NCBI GenBank assembly: GCA_009914755.4
Contig: CP068257.2
Span: forward strand, 20,800,001 to 20,864,000
Length of the DNA stretch: 64,000 nt
DNA from: the human T2T-CHM13v2.0 reference genome, Homo sapiens
Reading direction: 5' to 3'
Both the position numbers and the translations under genes were made by a program. Below are positions 28,289 through 42,640 of this stretch, piece after piece. The notes below the pieces were generated by a model. The model was given only the letters and a program-made list of their open reading frames with translations. It had not been told where the DNA came from and made no database searches. The first letter of the stretch is position 1, and each line of letters opens with the position of its first letter.

Positions 28289-28660
28289 TATACGGTTTGG
28301 CCTTGTCCCCAGCCAAATCTCATCTTGGACTGTAATTTCCATAATCCCCACATGTTGTGAGACGGACCCAGTGGGAGGCAATTGAATCATGGGGGTGGTT
28401 ACCCCCATGCTGCCGTTCTCGTGATAATGAGTGAGTTCTTCACGAGATCTGATGGTTTTATAGGGGCTTTTCCCACTTTTGCTCGGCACTTTTCTTTGCT
28501 GCCGTCATGTGAAGAAGGAAATGTTTGCTTCCCCTTCCACCATAAGTTTCCTGAGGCTTCCCCAGCCATGCCGAACTGTGAGTCAATTAAACCTTTTCCT
28601 TTTATAAATTACCCAGTCTCGGGTATGTTTTTATTAGCAGTGTGAGAACAGACTAATACA
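28289..28660 (+). mobile_element. MaLR solo LTR of MST/THE1 type, plus orientation, inserted into the ancient L1
   Basis: tggccttgtccccagccaaatctcatcttggactgtaatttccataatccccacatgttgtgagacggacccagtgggaggcaattgaatcatggggg...aactgtgagtcaattaaaccttttccttttataaattacccagtctcgggtatgtttttattagcagtgtgagaacagactaatac is the classic THE1/MST consensus pattern. L1 ORF2-like sequence continues on both sides. Confidence 0.82.
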
Positions 28661-28881
28661 TTTGGCAGTTTCTGACAAAAGTAAACGTGCGTTTGTCATA
28701 TGAATCCGTAACCATTGAGTTGAAAGCAACCAAAGTGCCCTTCAATACATGAATGAATAAATAAACTGTGGTATATTCAGACTGGAATATTATTCAGCAT
28801 TAAAATGAAATGAGCTATGACGTCATGAAAAGACACAGGGAAAACTTAAATGCGTATTACTAAGTTAAAGAAGCCAGTGTG

Positions 28882-29209
<328 letters not shown>

Positions 29210-31254
29210 TCAACTTTAGGACATTCTGGAAAAGGCAAAGCTATGAAGGCAGTAAAAAGATCAGTGATTGCCAAGGGTGGGGAGGGAGAAAGGTATGAAC
29301 AGGTGGAGCACAAAGGATTTGGGGGCAGTTAAAAAAAAAAAACAAACTACGTGTGCTGCTATATAGGTAGATACATGTCACTATATTTTGTCCCAATCCA
29401 TAGAATGTATACCAAGAGTGAACCCTAATATCAACCATGATTTTGAGTGATTATGGTGTGTCAATATAAGTTCCTCAATTGTGACAAATGTACCATGCTG
29501 ATGGAAGATGTTGATAATGTGGGAGCCATGCATATGTGGAGTCAGTGTATATATATGGGACATTTCTGCACCTTCATCCCAATTTTTCTGTGAACTTCAA
29601 ACTGCTCCAAAAAAAGTTATCAAAACAAAGAAGAAATGTACTAAGAAACAGAAGAAACACAGAGAAGACAAATAATAAAATATCTCAGATCTCTCAAAAC
29701 TAAGATGTAAAGAACAAAGTACTTGACAGTTTTTAAAAATGAGAACATGAAAAAATACATAAAAAGTTGTTTTTCACTGAGGAAGATAGCAAGTGAGCAT
29801 AGGAAAATATGTTTCACATCGATAGCTATTAAATCAACAGAAATAAAAAACAGATGTCAATACTCACTTTTCACAATGGCCTAAAAATTGCGATGACATC
29901 AAAAACTGATGAGGATGTGATGTAACTGTATCACTCATTCATTTCTGGTGAAATTGGAAAATAGTAAAGATACTCTAGAAAATTATGTAGCAGTTTCTTT
30001 TAAAACTAAAAATACATCTGTCCACATGACCTAGCAATAGCAGTCATGGACATTTATTACCAAAAAATAAAATTATGTTCACATAAAAGCTGAATACAAA
30101 TATTTATAGCAGCCAGAATTTGTAATAGCCAGAATTTGGGAATAATACGTGTATCTCTTAATGGGTAAATGAAACAAACTCTGATGCATTCGTGTCGTGC
30201 AATAGTACTCAGCACTAAAAATAAACAAATCATTAATAAATTTTACACGTATATCAACAAAGCTCTGCTGTGTGGGAAAAAAAAGCCAGTATTAAAATGT
30301 CACATGCTGTGTGATTCTATTTATATAACATTCATTTAAAAAAAAAAGTTGCTAGTGGTTGGGGTGGGGGCAGGAGGTTAAGGATGACTGGCTATGAAAG
30401 GGTAGCATGAGGGTATCTGGAGATGATGGAAAACTTCTGTACGTTAATTTTGGTGGTATTTTCCACCATTTTCTTCTTTCCAGCACAGTTCATGGCACAA
30501 ATGAGATAGGCATCCAAAATATATTTGTTGAAATGACAGTTCTATGTACTAGTTCTTTATCTGTTTCAAACTAGTCTAATACATATTCAGTGGCTAGTAT
30601 ATAAAGTAAACACCTATTGCAACATCATGGCATATTTTGCACACCAAGATATAAACACCAAGCTATTTACTTACATAGAGAAAGGTTCCTTGCTGCTCTG
30701 CTTATACAGAAGAAAAAAAGAAAACCATAATGATATTCAAGGAATTATCTAATGTGCTGTACATACTTTGCAATACAAATTGAGTACATTGTTTTCCCTA
30801 AAAATGCAACCTCAAGCAGAAACCTTAACAGAGCATTTACATTATTGAATCCTTGTTATTAACAAATAAAACATGTATTCATTCACTGAAGCTGTAAGAT
30901 ACCACCTCTAATTTATTATTTAACTCATTTAAGTAAAAAGTGTACTATATATACATACATACACACATATGTACAGTCTCAGTAACACTAATTGGAATTC
31001 CAAATGTATCTATCTGTCCATAAATATAAATATGAAAATAAATATATTAAGTATTAACTGAATGTACCCAGTTATATCATTAAAGATTATTTAATGGGAA
31101 AAAATTAGAGCCAGTAATTTTTGAGAAAGAGGCTGTATCTCAAAAACCCTGCAGAAAAAACATGAAGTTAACCTAAATGTCCAGGCATGCTATGCAATTT
31201 AACATTATGACACTTCAAAAATGACGGATAGAAGCTTATATAGTATAAAGGGGC

Positions 31255-31660
31255 TGCAATGGTTAATTTTTTTTTGTCAGCCTGGTTGAGCTATGATGCT
31301 CTGATATTGGATCAAGCATCATTCTGGATGATTCTATGAAGTTGTTTTTTTGATAAGACTATCATTTACATCAGTGCACTTTGAGTAAAGCAGATTGCCC
31401 TTCATAATGTGAGTGGGCTTTATCTAAATAATTGAAAATCTTAATAGAACAAAGACTGACCTTTTCCAAGTGAGGATAAATTCAGCCAGCTGACTGCTTT
31501 TGAACACAACTGCAACTCTTTCCTAAGTCTCTGCCCTGCTTAATTTTGGCCTTAACCAAGCTTTCACAATTACATGAGCCAATTCTTTGAAATAAATATG
31601 CCTCTGTATACACATTCTTTGGTTCTGTTTCTCTAGAGCACCTTTTGACTAACTAATCCA
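31255..31660 (+). mobile_element. MaLR-type solo LTR (MLT1-like), plus orientation
   Basis: ...gccagctgactgcttttgaacacaactgcaactctttcctaagtctctgccctgcttaattttggccttaaccaagctttcacaattacatgagccaattctttgAAATAAAtatgcctctgtatacacattctttggttctgtttctctagagcacc matches the remembered MLT1 3' end ...tggttctgtttctctggagaaccctgactaatacag. Confidence 0.5.
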
Positions 31661-33979
31661 GGGACTTAAGAGTAAACTGGTTACATGTGTAGACAAGGCT
31701 GTTAGAAAACTATAGCCAAGTTGTGTTCCAACAGAGAGATCAACATTCTAAATCACCTTAGCACCTGCTAACATCATAGCTGACATCATTTTCAGGTTTC
31801 TCATTATCATATCGGAGTGTCGGTGGAATTTGACTAAATATATTGTGTTTAAAAAATATTGAATTCATGTAAACTATGTGGGTAAATATATAGAAGTATT
31901 TGAAATTCAAACATAAAATTATAAAGACAATCAAACTAATGAGCATTGCTAATTACTAAATTTGGTTTTATTGCAAATATGAGTTGAGGCCCCTTTGATT
32001 AACTAATAGTAACAATTCATAATTAATAAGCATGGTAATATCTATTGAGTGTTAGTTATGTATCAGAACATAAGTTATGCATTTAATGTTCATTTAAAAA
32101 AATAATGAAAAGCACTCTCTGAGGTAGATACTATTGGTAATATACATATGAGGTAACAGTAAGTGACTGGACTGGAAAGTAAGTCCAGGTCTGTTTCACT
32201 ACAGAGACCCAGAGCCAGAAACCTCAACCCCTTGGCTAATAGTCTACACAAAGTTGTTCACAGTCAGTGGCTCTATAATAGTCATTCAGCCTCACCAGTT
32301 TGTTTAAATCTTCAGTTCACATTAATACATTTGGAAATGTCAGACTACAATTTTCATTTTCAATTATGCTAAAATATTTACATGCCAAATTGACTATCAC
32401 TTATGTCCCTCAAACCTTGCCACATTGTAGCATATGATACCAGAGCCCTGTATTTTCAAGACTTTCAAAATTCAGCTCATTCTTATGAAAAATGATGCAC
32501 TTAATGTACTCTTCTGTATATAAACATAATGATCTGAGTACAGAATAGATAGATAATAGGTAGATATATTTTTATGTAAATTTGATCTTTTATTTTGGGT
32601 GAGACATAATCTAGCATTGTTTTACTAAACAAATTTTACTAATGATTGACTTGAAAGACAATATTGCAAGAGGCTAAGACACATAGTCTTTGGAGTCAGA
32701 ATGTTTAGGAAAGTTTCTTAGCCCCTCAACTTTCTATAGCTGTGTGAACAAGTTCAAGTCACTTAACTCTTGGGGTCTCAGTTTCTCTGTGTGTAAAAGT
32801 AGGATGGTAAAAGTGTCTACCTCAAAATGTTTGTGTGTAGTTCACATGTGTTTATATTTATAAAGCTTTTAGAACAGTGTCTGGAGAATCATAAACTCGG
32901 TTTAAACATTTGGTTTAAACACTCTCATTTTAAATAATAGTCATATTATTTAAATATATAATTAAATGCCATTCTATATTCTGTAGTTTAAATTTTTAAG
33001 CAATATTTTGTCCAATATGATATCTGGCTATTTCGTCCAAGTTATAAACTATGTACCTCTTGGCCACGTTCAGTTTTCTGTGCTTGCTTAGTCAGCCTTT
33101 TAAGCCAACCTCAATTGCAGGCAGAGACTCAGCCATCTATTATGTTAGCTGTGTTATTCAGCATCAGTTGTCAATGGATTTCTGATGTAGATAGAAGTTT
33201 TTGTGTAACTGAGATATCACTTTGACAGATGAGGTCACAATAGTTTTAACTGATGTTGTTTCAAACCTCAGGAACACTTGCTTACATGGTACAGCTGAAG
33301 CATTTCAAAAGCAACGCAGGATACCTAGTAGCCTAAATTACTCTACACAGACACACATTATTTTTTTAAAAATGTTTCAAGGCTTTTAACAAGCTTTACA
33401 AATTGACAAAAGCAAAATCTTTTTAATTAAATATAATGTTTTTAATGAATAGTTTGAAAGGGCTAGACAGCCTCAGTACAATAAAATGCTGTCTTTGAAG
33501 TAATTTCCATTCATTTGAACTTGAATTGAAAGGTATTAAATCCAGCCTCTTTGTAGACTGCAAATTAAATTAAATTAAAAGCATCTTAATGTTTTAAATA
33601 GAGTTCATGCTTACATGTTTAAATGCTTAGAAATAAAATAGAGGTGAGGCAGAGTAAAATAGATGAACAGAGAACCCTCCAGCAACCTTCCCCTGCACAA
33701 GAACACTAAATTGAATAACCACCCACACAAGAAAACACCTCCACAGGAACCAAAAATCAAGTGAGCAATCATAACACCTAGTTTTAACTTAGTATCAAGA
33801 AAAGAGGCACGGAGGAGGGAAGGGAAGAGAGCCTTAAATTGCCCTGTTCCCATCTTTTAACAGCAGCAGTGGTCATGTGTGGTGTGGAGAGAGAATCTGT
33901 GTGTTTTGGGAAGGGAGAGTGCAGTAATTGTAGGACTTGGCATTGGAATTCAGTGCTGCTCTGTCACAGTGGAAAGCAA

Positions 33980-34960
33980 CATGGGGCAGAAATTTGCTGG
34001 CACCCATAGAGGGAGCATTTAGGCTAGCCCTAGCACGAGAAGAATTATCACTCCCAGTGGCTGGAATTGATTGCTGGTTAATCTCACCACTGCAGGCTAA
34101 AGGGCTGTGGAGCTCTAAATAAACTTGAAAGGCAGTCTGGGCCATAATCACAGCAAAATATTTCAAGGCAACTCCTGGTGCTGGGCTGGCCTTGGAGCAA
34201 GTGGGCTTGGATTGCACATGAACTAGTGAGGCACCAGCTGGAGCAGGCAAGGCACTGCTTGCCTGACACCTCCCACAGCCCCAGGCAGCACAGCTTGCAG
34301 CTCTGGGAAAGACTCTTCCTTCCATTTGAGAAGAGGAGAGGGGGAAAGTAAAGAGCACTTTGCCTAACAACTTGGATACCTGCTCAGACAAAGTAAATTA
34401 GGGCATCAGGCAGAGTCCTGAAGCCCTCATTTCAGGCCCTAGCTCTTGGATGCCATTTCTAGACAACCCTGGGCAACAGGGGAAATGACTGCCTTGAGGG
34501 GAAGGACACAGTCTTGGAAGGATTTATTGTCTACTGACTAAAGAGCACTTGAACCTTCTATAAATATCAGTGGTTTCCAGGTAGTACTCACGGCAGGCCT
34601 TGGGTGAGACCCAATGCTGTGCTGATTTCATATGTGACCCAGGGCATTCCTAGACATAGTGGCCATGGAGAGTTACTCCGTATGTTTGAGGAAAGGAGAG
34701 GAAAGAGTAAAGGGGACTTTGTCTTTCAGCTCACGTACGAGCTCAGCCACAGTGATGTAGAATATCAAGTGGGCTCCTGGGTTCCCTGATCCCAAGCCTT
34801 GGCTCCTGGATGGCATTTATGGACCAGACCTTGGCCAGATTGGCACCAAACTGTCCTTAAAGGAGGCCTTGGAGTATTCAGTACAAGCTGACTACTGAGC
34901 CCTTGGTCCTTGAGTGAACACTGGCACCAGCCAGACAGTAGTTTGTATTCCCTGCTTGCT
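33980..34960. repeat. Unclassified region of two or three diverged tandem copies of a ~340-bp unit
   Basis: 34325-34660 aligns to 34672-34960 at about 70% (for example cctagctcttggatgccatttctagacaaccctgggcaacagg versus agccttggctcctggatggcatttatggaccagaccttggccagattgg). A weaker third copy lies upstream. The 172-aa minus-strand ORF 33873-34391 sits inside it. Confidence 0.5.
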
Positions 34961-34974
34961 CATGGGTTTCCTTC

Positions 34975-35110
34975 CTTTAGAAGAATAGCTAATTCATGCT
35001 GGGCTTAATACCTAGATGATGGGTTGATAGGTGCAGCAAACTACCATGACACACATTTACCTATGTAACAAAACTGCACATCCTGCACATGTACCCTGAA
35101 ACTTAAAATA
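34975..35110 (+). mobile_element. Short L1 3'-terminal fragment, plus orientation
   Basis: aatagctaattcatgctgggcttaatacctagatgatgggttgataggtgcagcaaactaccatgacacacatttacctatgtaacaaaactgcacatcctgcacatgtaccctgaaacttaaaatac is the canonical L1PA 3'UTR end. Confidence 0.8.
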
Positions 35111-36760
35111 CATTTTTAAGTGATAAAACTATGGCCAAAAAAATCCAAAACATTGAAATAATATCAAGTAATTTTCTGACCACAATGAAATGAGACAAAA
35201 TCAATAACAAGAGAAATATTAGAAACTGTATGAACACATGAAAATTAAACATTATGCTTCTATATGGGCAGTGGATCAATTAAGTAATTTAGAAGAAAAT
35301 TTTAAAAAATTACAATAAATGAAAATAGGAACAAGCATACCAGAACCACTGAAATACAGCAAAATCAGTACTGAGAGGAAAGTTTACAGTTTTAAGCACC
35401 TACATCAGAAAAAATAGATAAACATAAAGAAGACATCTTAATGATCCATCTTAAATAACTAGAAAAGAAATAGCAAACCATACCCAACATTAGCAGGAGA
35501 AAAGAAATATGATTAGGGCCAAAATAAATAAAGTTAAAATAAAAAAATACAAAGGTTAATGAAAGAAAATTAAAAAACAAAGAAATTGACAAATCTTTAG
35601 TCATACCAACTAAGAAAAATAAGAGAGGAGACCCAAATAAATAAAATCAAAGATGAAAAAAGAAACATTAAAACTGATACTGAAGAAATTCAAAGGATCA
35701 TTAGAGACAACAATGAGCAGATATATTCCAGTATATTGGAAAATCTAGAAGCAATGGATCAATTTCTAGACAGAAACAATCTACCAGGATTTAACCATGA
35801 ATGAATCCAAAACCAGAATACACTAATAACAAGTAATGAGTTTGAAACTGTCGTAAAAAGTCTATCAGCAAAGAAAAACCCAGAACCTGATGGATTCACT
35901 GCTGAATATTACAAAATATTTAAAAAAGAACCAATACCAATCTTACTTAAAAGATTCTGAAAAATAGAGGGAATACTTCAAAATTCGTTCTATGAGAACT
36001 GATACCAAAACCAGAAAAAGACATATCAAAAAAAAAAAGAAAAATATGGCCAACATCCTTGATGAACATTGATGCAAAAAATCCTCAACAAAACACTAGC
36101 ACACCAAATTCAACTACATGTTAAAAAGATCCTTCATTAAGACAAAGTTGAATTTATCCCACGAATGCAAGGATGGTTCAACATACACAAATCAATCAAT
36201 GTGATACATCATATCAACAGAATGAAAGATAAAATCCATATGATCTTTACAACTGATGGTTAAAAAGCATTTGATCAAAGTTGACATCCCTTAGCAATAA
36301 AAACCCAAAAAAAACTGGGTGTAGAAGGAATATACCTAAATATAATAAAAGCCATGTATGACAGAAACACAACTACTATCATAATGAATGGGAAAAAATG
36401 AAAACCTTTCACCTATAATCTGGATGTCCCAAGGATATCCACTTTCACTGCCGTTATTCAACATAGTACTGGAGGTCATATCTAAAGCAATCAGACAAGA
36501 GAAATAAATAAAGGGTAACCGAACTGGAAAGGAAGATGTCAAATTACCATTGTAGATGATATGGTCTTATATTTGGAAAAATCTAAAGACAACCAAAACA
36601 CTAATGGATCTGATTTTAAAAATTCAGTAAAGTTACAATATACAAAATCAAAATATAAAAATCAGTATCACTTTTATATGCCAACAGCAAACAATCTGTA
36701 AGAGAAATCAAGAAACTAATCTCATTCATCTACAATCACTTTAGAGCTTTAGGTAAAGAA
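35110..36760 (+). mobile_element. Ancient L1 ORF2 fragment (endonuclease and reverse-transcriptase region), plus orientation
   Basis: Translations resemble L1 ORF2 EN/RT motifs (...tggattcactgctgaatattacaaaatatttaaaaaagaacc = FTGEFYQTFKEE-like; ...catccttgatgaacattgatgcaaaaaatcctcaacaaa = [13 protein letters not shown]; FADD-like gatgatatggtcttatatttgg). Many stops and frameshifts. Confidence 0.85.
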
Positions 36761-37796
36761 AGATCAGGGTTTTTAAGGAACAACGGTTAGTATGATGTGA
36801 GCATAATATAAGTAAAAAAGAGAGTATGAATTTAGAAAGTTAGGCACAATGATTGAGATTAACAATAAAGAAAATAACGTTGTCAATGAACGTAAATACA
36901 TATATTAGTAATGTAGAAAGAACACATCAGTTAGACTTAGCAGTTAATTTGGTACGGTGAAAGAATCAGGGGTATTTATATAATTAGTATGTCTTTTGCT
37001 TGACAAATGATGTTTTCATTCCCTGATATAGAGAGTTTGTGTGCGTGTGTGTGGGGGCAGGGGGCAGGATTTATAGCAAAAGAGTGATGAAATGCCTGAA
37101 ACACATTTTTAAAGCATTAAAAATGATAAAATATATTTCAATTTACTCACTTCTTTACCATTTTCAGCCCTCTTTACTCTTTGGTGAAGATCTAAATATC
37201 CTTCCAGTGTAATTCTCCTTTTGTGTGAAGAAATTCCTTTAAAATAATTCTCATAACACAATTCTGAACATAATAAATTTTTGTGGATTGAATTGTGCCC
37301 ATTGAAAATTAAATGCTGAAGTACTAACCTCCAATGGGATGGTACTGGAAGATGAGGCCTTTGGGATGTATACACAGGCCTACCTCATTTTATCATGCAC
37401 TGCTTTATTGCACTTCATGGATTTTCTGTCTTTTGCAAATTGAAGGTTTGTGACAATCCTGCATCAAGCATGTCTATTGTTGCCATTTTTCCAATAGCAT
37501 GTGCTCATTTACATTATGTCTCTGTGCCACATTTTGGTAATTCCACTACTTTTCTAAACTTTTAAATTATTATTACATCTATTATGGTGGTCTGTGATAA
37601 GTGAATTTTGATGTTACCATTTTGTTTTGGGTTACTACAAACTGCTCCCTTATAAGATTATGAACCTAATACATAAATGTTAAGTGTATTTTGATTGTAT
37701 AACCAGTCAACAATTCACCATATCTCTTTCTCTCCTGGGCCTCCCTATCTCTTGTGACATAAAAATATTGAAATTAGGACAAATAATAACTCTACA

Positions 37797-39845
<2,049 letters not shown>

Positions 39846-40248
39846 TTGAGGTATATACATTGCTTTTTTAGACATAATTCTACTACATATAATAGACTAC
39901 AATATTGTGTGAACATTACTTTCATATGTATTGATTAACCAAAAATTTATGTTACTAGTGTTATTGTGATATTTGCTATATTGCAGTGGTTGGAAGCTGA
40001 ACCCATAATATCTCCAAGGTGTGTCTGTAATTGGGTTTAGAGGAGTTCATGAGGGAAGGGTTCTCATCATGGTATTAGTGTTCCTATAGAAACAAAGCAG
40101 AGTTTTCTCTTTTATCTGACACTTGAAGATACAATGAGAAGGAAGCAGTCTGTTAGCTAGGAAAATAATTCTCACCAAGAACCAAATTGCCTAGCACCTT
40201 AATCTTGGATTTCTCACCCTCCATAACTGTGAGAAATAAATGCCTGTT

Positions 40249-40253
40249 GTTTA

Positions 40254-40284
<31 letters not shown>
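40249..40284 (+). repeat. Pure poly(A) homopolymer of about 36 nt, preceded by AATAAA 17 nt upstream
   Basis: ...ctgtgagaAATAAAtgcctgttgtttaagc(a)36gtacatg. Confidence 0.95.
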
Positions 40285-40290
<6 letters not shown>

Positions 40291-40534
40291 CATGTTTTAG
40301 TAATGTTGAGTCTCTTCCTTCTTATTTCTCTTCCTGAGTCTCTAATTCCTCTTATTTTAGACTGCTTGATAATGCCTCACAGATCACTGATTTCCTGTTC
40401 TATGTATTTTCTCTCTGTCCTTAACTTTGAATAACTTTTATTATTATATGCTCAAGGTCAGCAGTCTTTATCTGTAGCATGGTATCTGCCATTTTTTGTA
40501 TCTAGTGTCATTTTAATTCCAGATTCTGTAGCTG

Positions 40535-41664
40535 TTTTTAAATTTTAATTTAATTTAATTTTAAATTCTGGGATACATGTGCAGGATATGCAGATTTGTT
40601 ACATAGGTAAATGTGTGCCATGGTGTTTTCCTGCACCCCTCAACACATCACCTGGGCATTAAGCCCTGCATGCATTAGCCATTTATCCTGATGCTCTCCC
40701 TTCCCCAACTCCACCCTCTGCCAGGCCCCAGTGTGTGTTGTTTTCCTGCCTGTGTCACTGTGTTCTCATTGTTCAGTTCCCACTTATAAGTTAAAACATG
40801 TGGTGTTTGATTTTCTGTTCCTGCATCAGTTTGCTGAGGATAATAGCTTCCAGCTCTATCCCTGTTCATGAAAAGCATATAATTGTATTCCTTTTAAGGC
40901 TGCATAGTATTTTGTGGTGTATATGTACCACATTTTCTTTATCCAGTCTATCATTGATGGGCATTTGGGTTGATTCCATGTCTTTGCTATTGTAAACAGC
41001 ACTGCAATGAACATGCAAGTGCATGTAGCTTTATAGTAGAATGATTTATATCCCATAATCAGTAATACTGTTGCTGGGTCAAATGGGTGTTTCTGGTTCT
41101 AGGTCTTTGAGGAATTATGATATTGTCTTCCACAATGGCTGAACTAATTTACATTCCCACCAACAGTGTAAAAGCATTCTATTTCTCCACAGCCTCACCA
41201 GCAACTGTTGTTTTTTGACGTTTCAATAATCGCCATTCTGACTTGTGTGATATGGTATCTCATTGTTGTTTTGATTTGCATTTCTCTAATGATCAGTGAT
41301 GTTCAACTATTTTTCATGTTTGTTGGCCGCATAAATGTCTTCTTTTGAGAAGTGCCTGTCCATGTCCTTTACTCACTTTTTAGTGGGTTTTTTTTTTCTT
41401 CTAAGTTTGTTTAAGTGTCTTGTGGATTCTGGATATTAGACCTTTTTCATATTGATACATTGCAAAAATTTTCTCCCATTCTGTAGGTAGTTTGTTCACT
41501 CTGATGTTCATTTATTTTGCTGTGCAGAAGCTCTTTAGTTTAAATAAGCTCTTCAGCTTAATGTGCTATATTTTTTACCTGTATGTTTGCCAATTTAGCT
41601 TTTGTTGCAATTGCTTTTGACATTTTTGTCATAAAATATTTTCCCGTGCCAATGTTCTGAACGA
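40535..41664 (-). mobile_element. L1 (L1PA/PB-like) 3' segment (end of ORF2 plus 3'UTR), minus orientation. This is the direct-orientation part of a twin-primed, 5'-inverted L1 insertion.
   Basis: A T/A-rich tail at 40535-40562, then ttaaattctgggatacatgtgcaggatatgcagatttgttacataggtaaatgtgtgccatggtg..., the reverse complement of the L1 3' end. The ORF2-antisense pattern continues to ...tcataaaatattttcccgtgccaatgttctgaacg at 41664. Confidence 0.85.
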
Positions 41665-42035
41665 AAAAACAGCCTGTATAGACAAGACAATTCTAAGCAA
41701 AAAGAACAAAGCTGGAGGCATCATGCTATCTGAATTCAAACTATACTACAAGGCTACAATAACCAAAACAGCATGGTACTGGTACAAAAACAGACACACA
41801 GACTAATTGAACAGAAGAAAGAACTCAGGAGTAAGACCACACATCTACAACCATGTGATCCTCAACAAACCTGAGAAAAACAAGTAATGGGGAAAAGATT
41901 CCCTATTTAATAAATGGTGCTGGAAAAACTGGCTAGCTATATGCTGAAAATTGGAACTGGACCCCTTCCTTACACCTCATATAAAAATTAACTCAAGATG
42001 GATTAGAGACTTCAATGTAAAACCCCAAACTGTAG
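41665..42035 (+). mobile_element. Inverted 5' segment of the same L1 (ORF2 region immediately upstream of the 3' segment), plus orientation: the twin-priming inversion
   Basis: aaaaaacagcctgtatagacaagacaattctaagcaaaaagaacaaagctggaggcatcatgctatctgaattcaaactatactacaaggctacaataaccaaaacagcatggtactggtac...ctcatataaaaattaactcaagatggattagagacttcaatgtaaaaccc reads as L1 ORF2 sense (…[27 protein letters not shown]…[19 protein letters not shown]). Its L1 coordinates directly precede those of the minus-oriented segment. Confidence 0.8.
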
Positions 42036-42063
42036 TTTTAATTATGAGGCATTTTCTTTGAGA

Positions 42064-42383
42064 TTTTTTTTCTTTTCTTTCTTTTTTTGGTTTTTGAGAC
42101 ACAGTCTTGCTTTGTCACCCAGGCTGCAGTGCAGTGATGTGATCTTGGCTCACTGCAACCTTGCAACCTTCACCTCCCGGGTTCAAGCAATTCTCCTGCC
42201 TCAGCCTCCTGAGTAGCTGAGATTACAGGTTTGTGCCACCACACCCGGCTAATTTTTGTATTTTTAGTAGAGACCGGGTTTCACCATGTTGGTCAGGCTG
42301 GTCTCGAACTCCTGACCTTGTGATTCGCCTGCCTCAGCCTCCCAAAGTGCTGGTATTATAGGCATGAGTCACCGCACCCAGCC
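42064..42383 (-). mobile_element. Alu SINE, minus orientation
   Basis: A ttttttttcttttctttctttttttggtttt tail, then gagacacagtcttgctttgtcacccaggctgcagtgcagtgatgtgatcttggctcactgcaacc...ggcatgagtcaccgcacccagcc. Confidence 0.9.
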
Positions 42384-42495
42384 TCCTTTTCTTTTCTTCA
42401 CATGTTCATATGTACCCTACCTTCTGGAACATAAGAAGAAACACATTTATAATGGTTATTTTAAAGTAATTTCCTGCTAGCTCCATCCTCTCTGT

Positions 42496-42640
42496 CATGA
42501 GAAATGTGCTATATTTTTTACCTGTATGTTTATTAGAATTTTCTGTTGTTTGCATAATTGGCAATTTTGGATTGGGTGTCAAATTTATTGTATTATTTGA
42601 AGTAATGGTGTTTTGTGTTTTCTAGTTTTTTTTTTGGGAC
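42496..42640 (-). mobile_element. Possible additional L1-derived fragment, minus orientation. It begins with a 29-bp exact copy of 41560-41588.
   Basis: aaatgtgctatattttttacctgtatgttt, then sequence loosely similar to the same L1 ORF2-antisense region (…aattttggattgggtgtcaaatttattgtattatttgaagtaatggtgttttgtgttttctag). Confidence 0.4.

Noticed and set aside
33873-34391. 172-aa minus-strand ORF, the longest non-TE-looking ORF in the window.
   Set aside because: It lies inside a diverged tandem-repeat block with no start-context, splice or conservation evidence available. The composition is unremarkable and the reading frame is not preserved across the repeat copies. It is flagged only as something to blastx.
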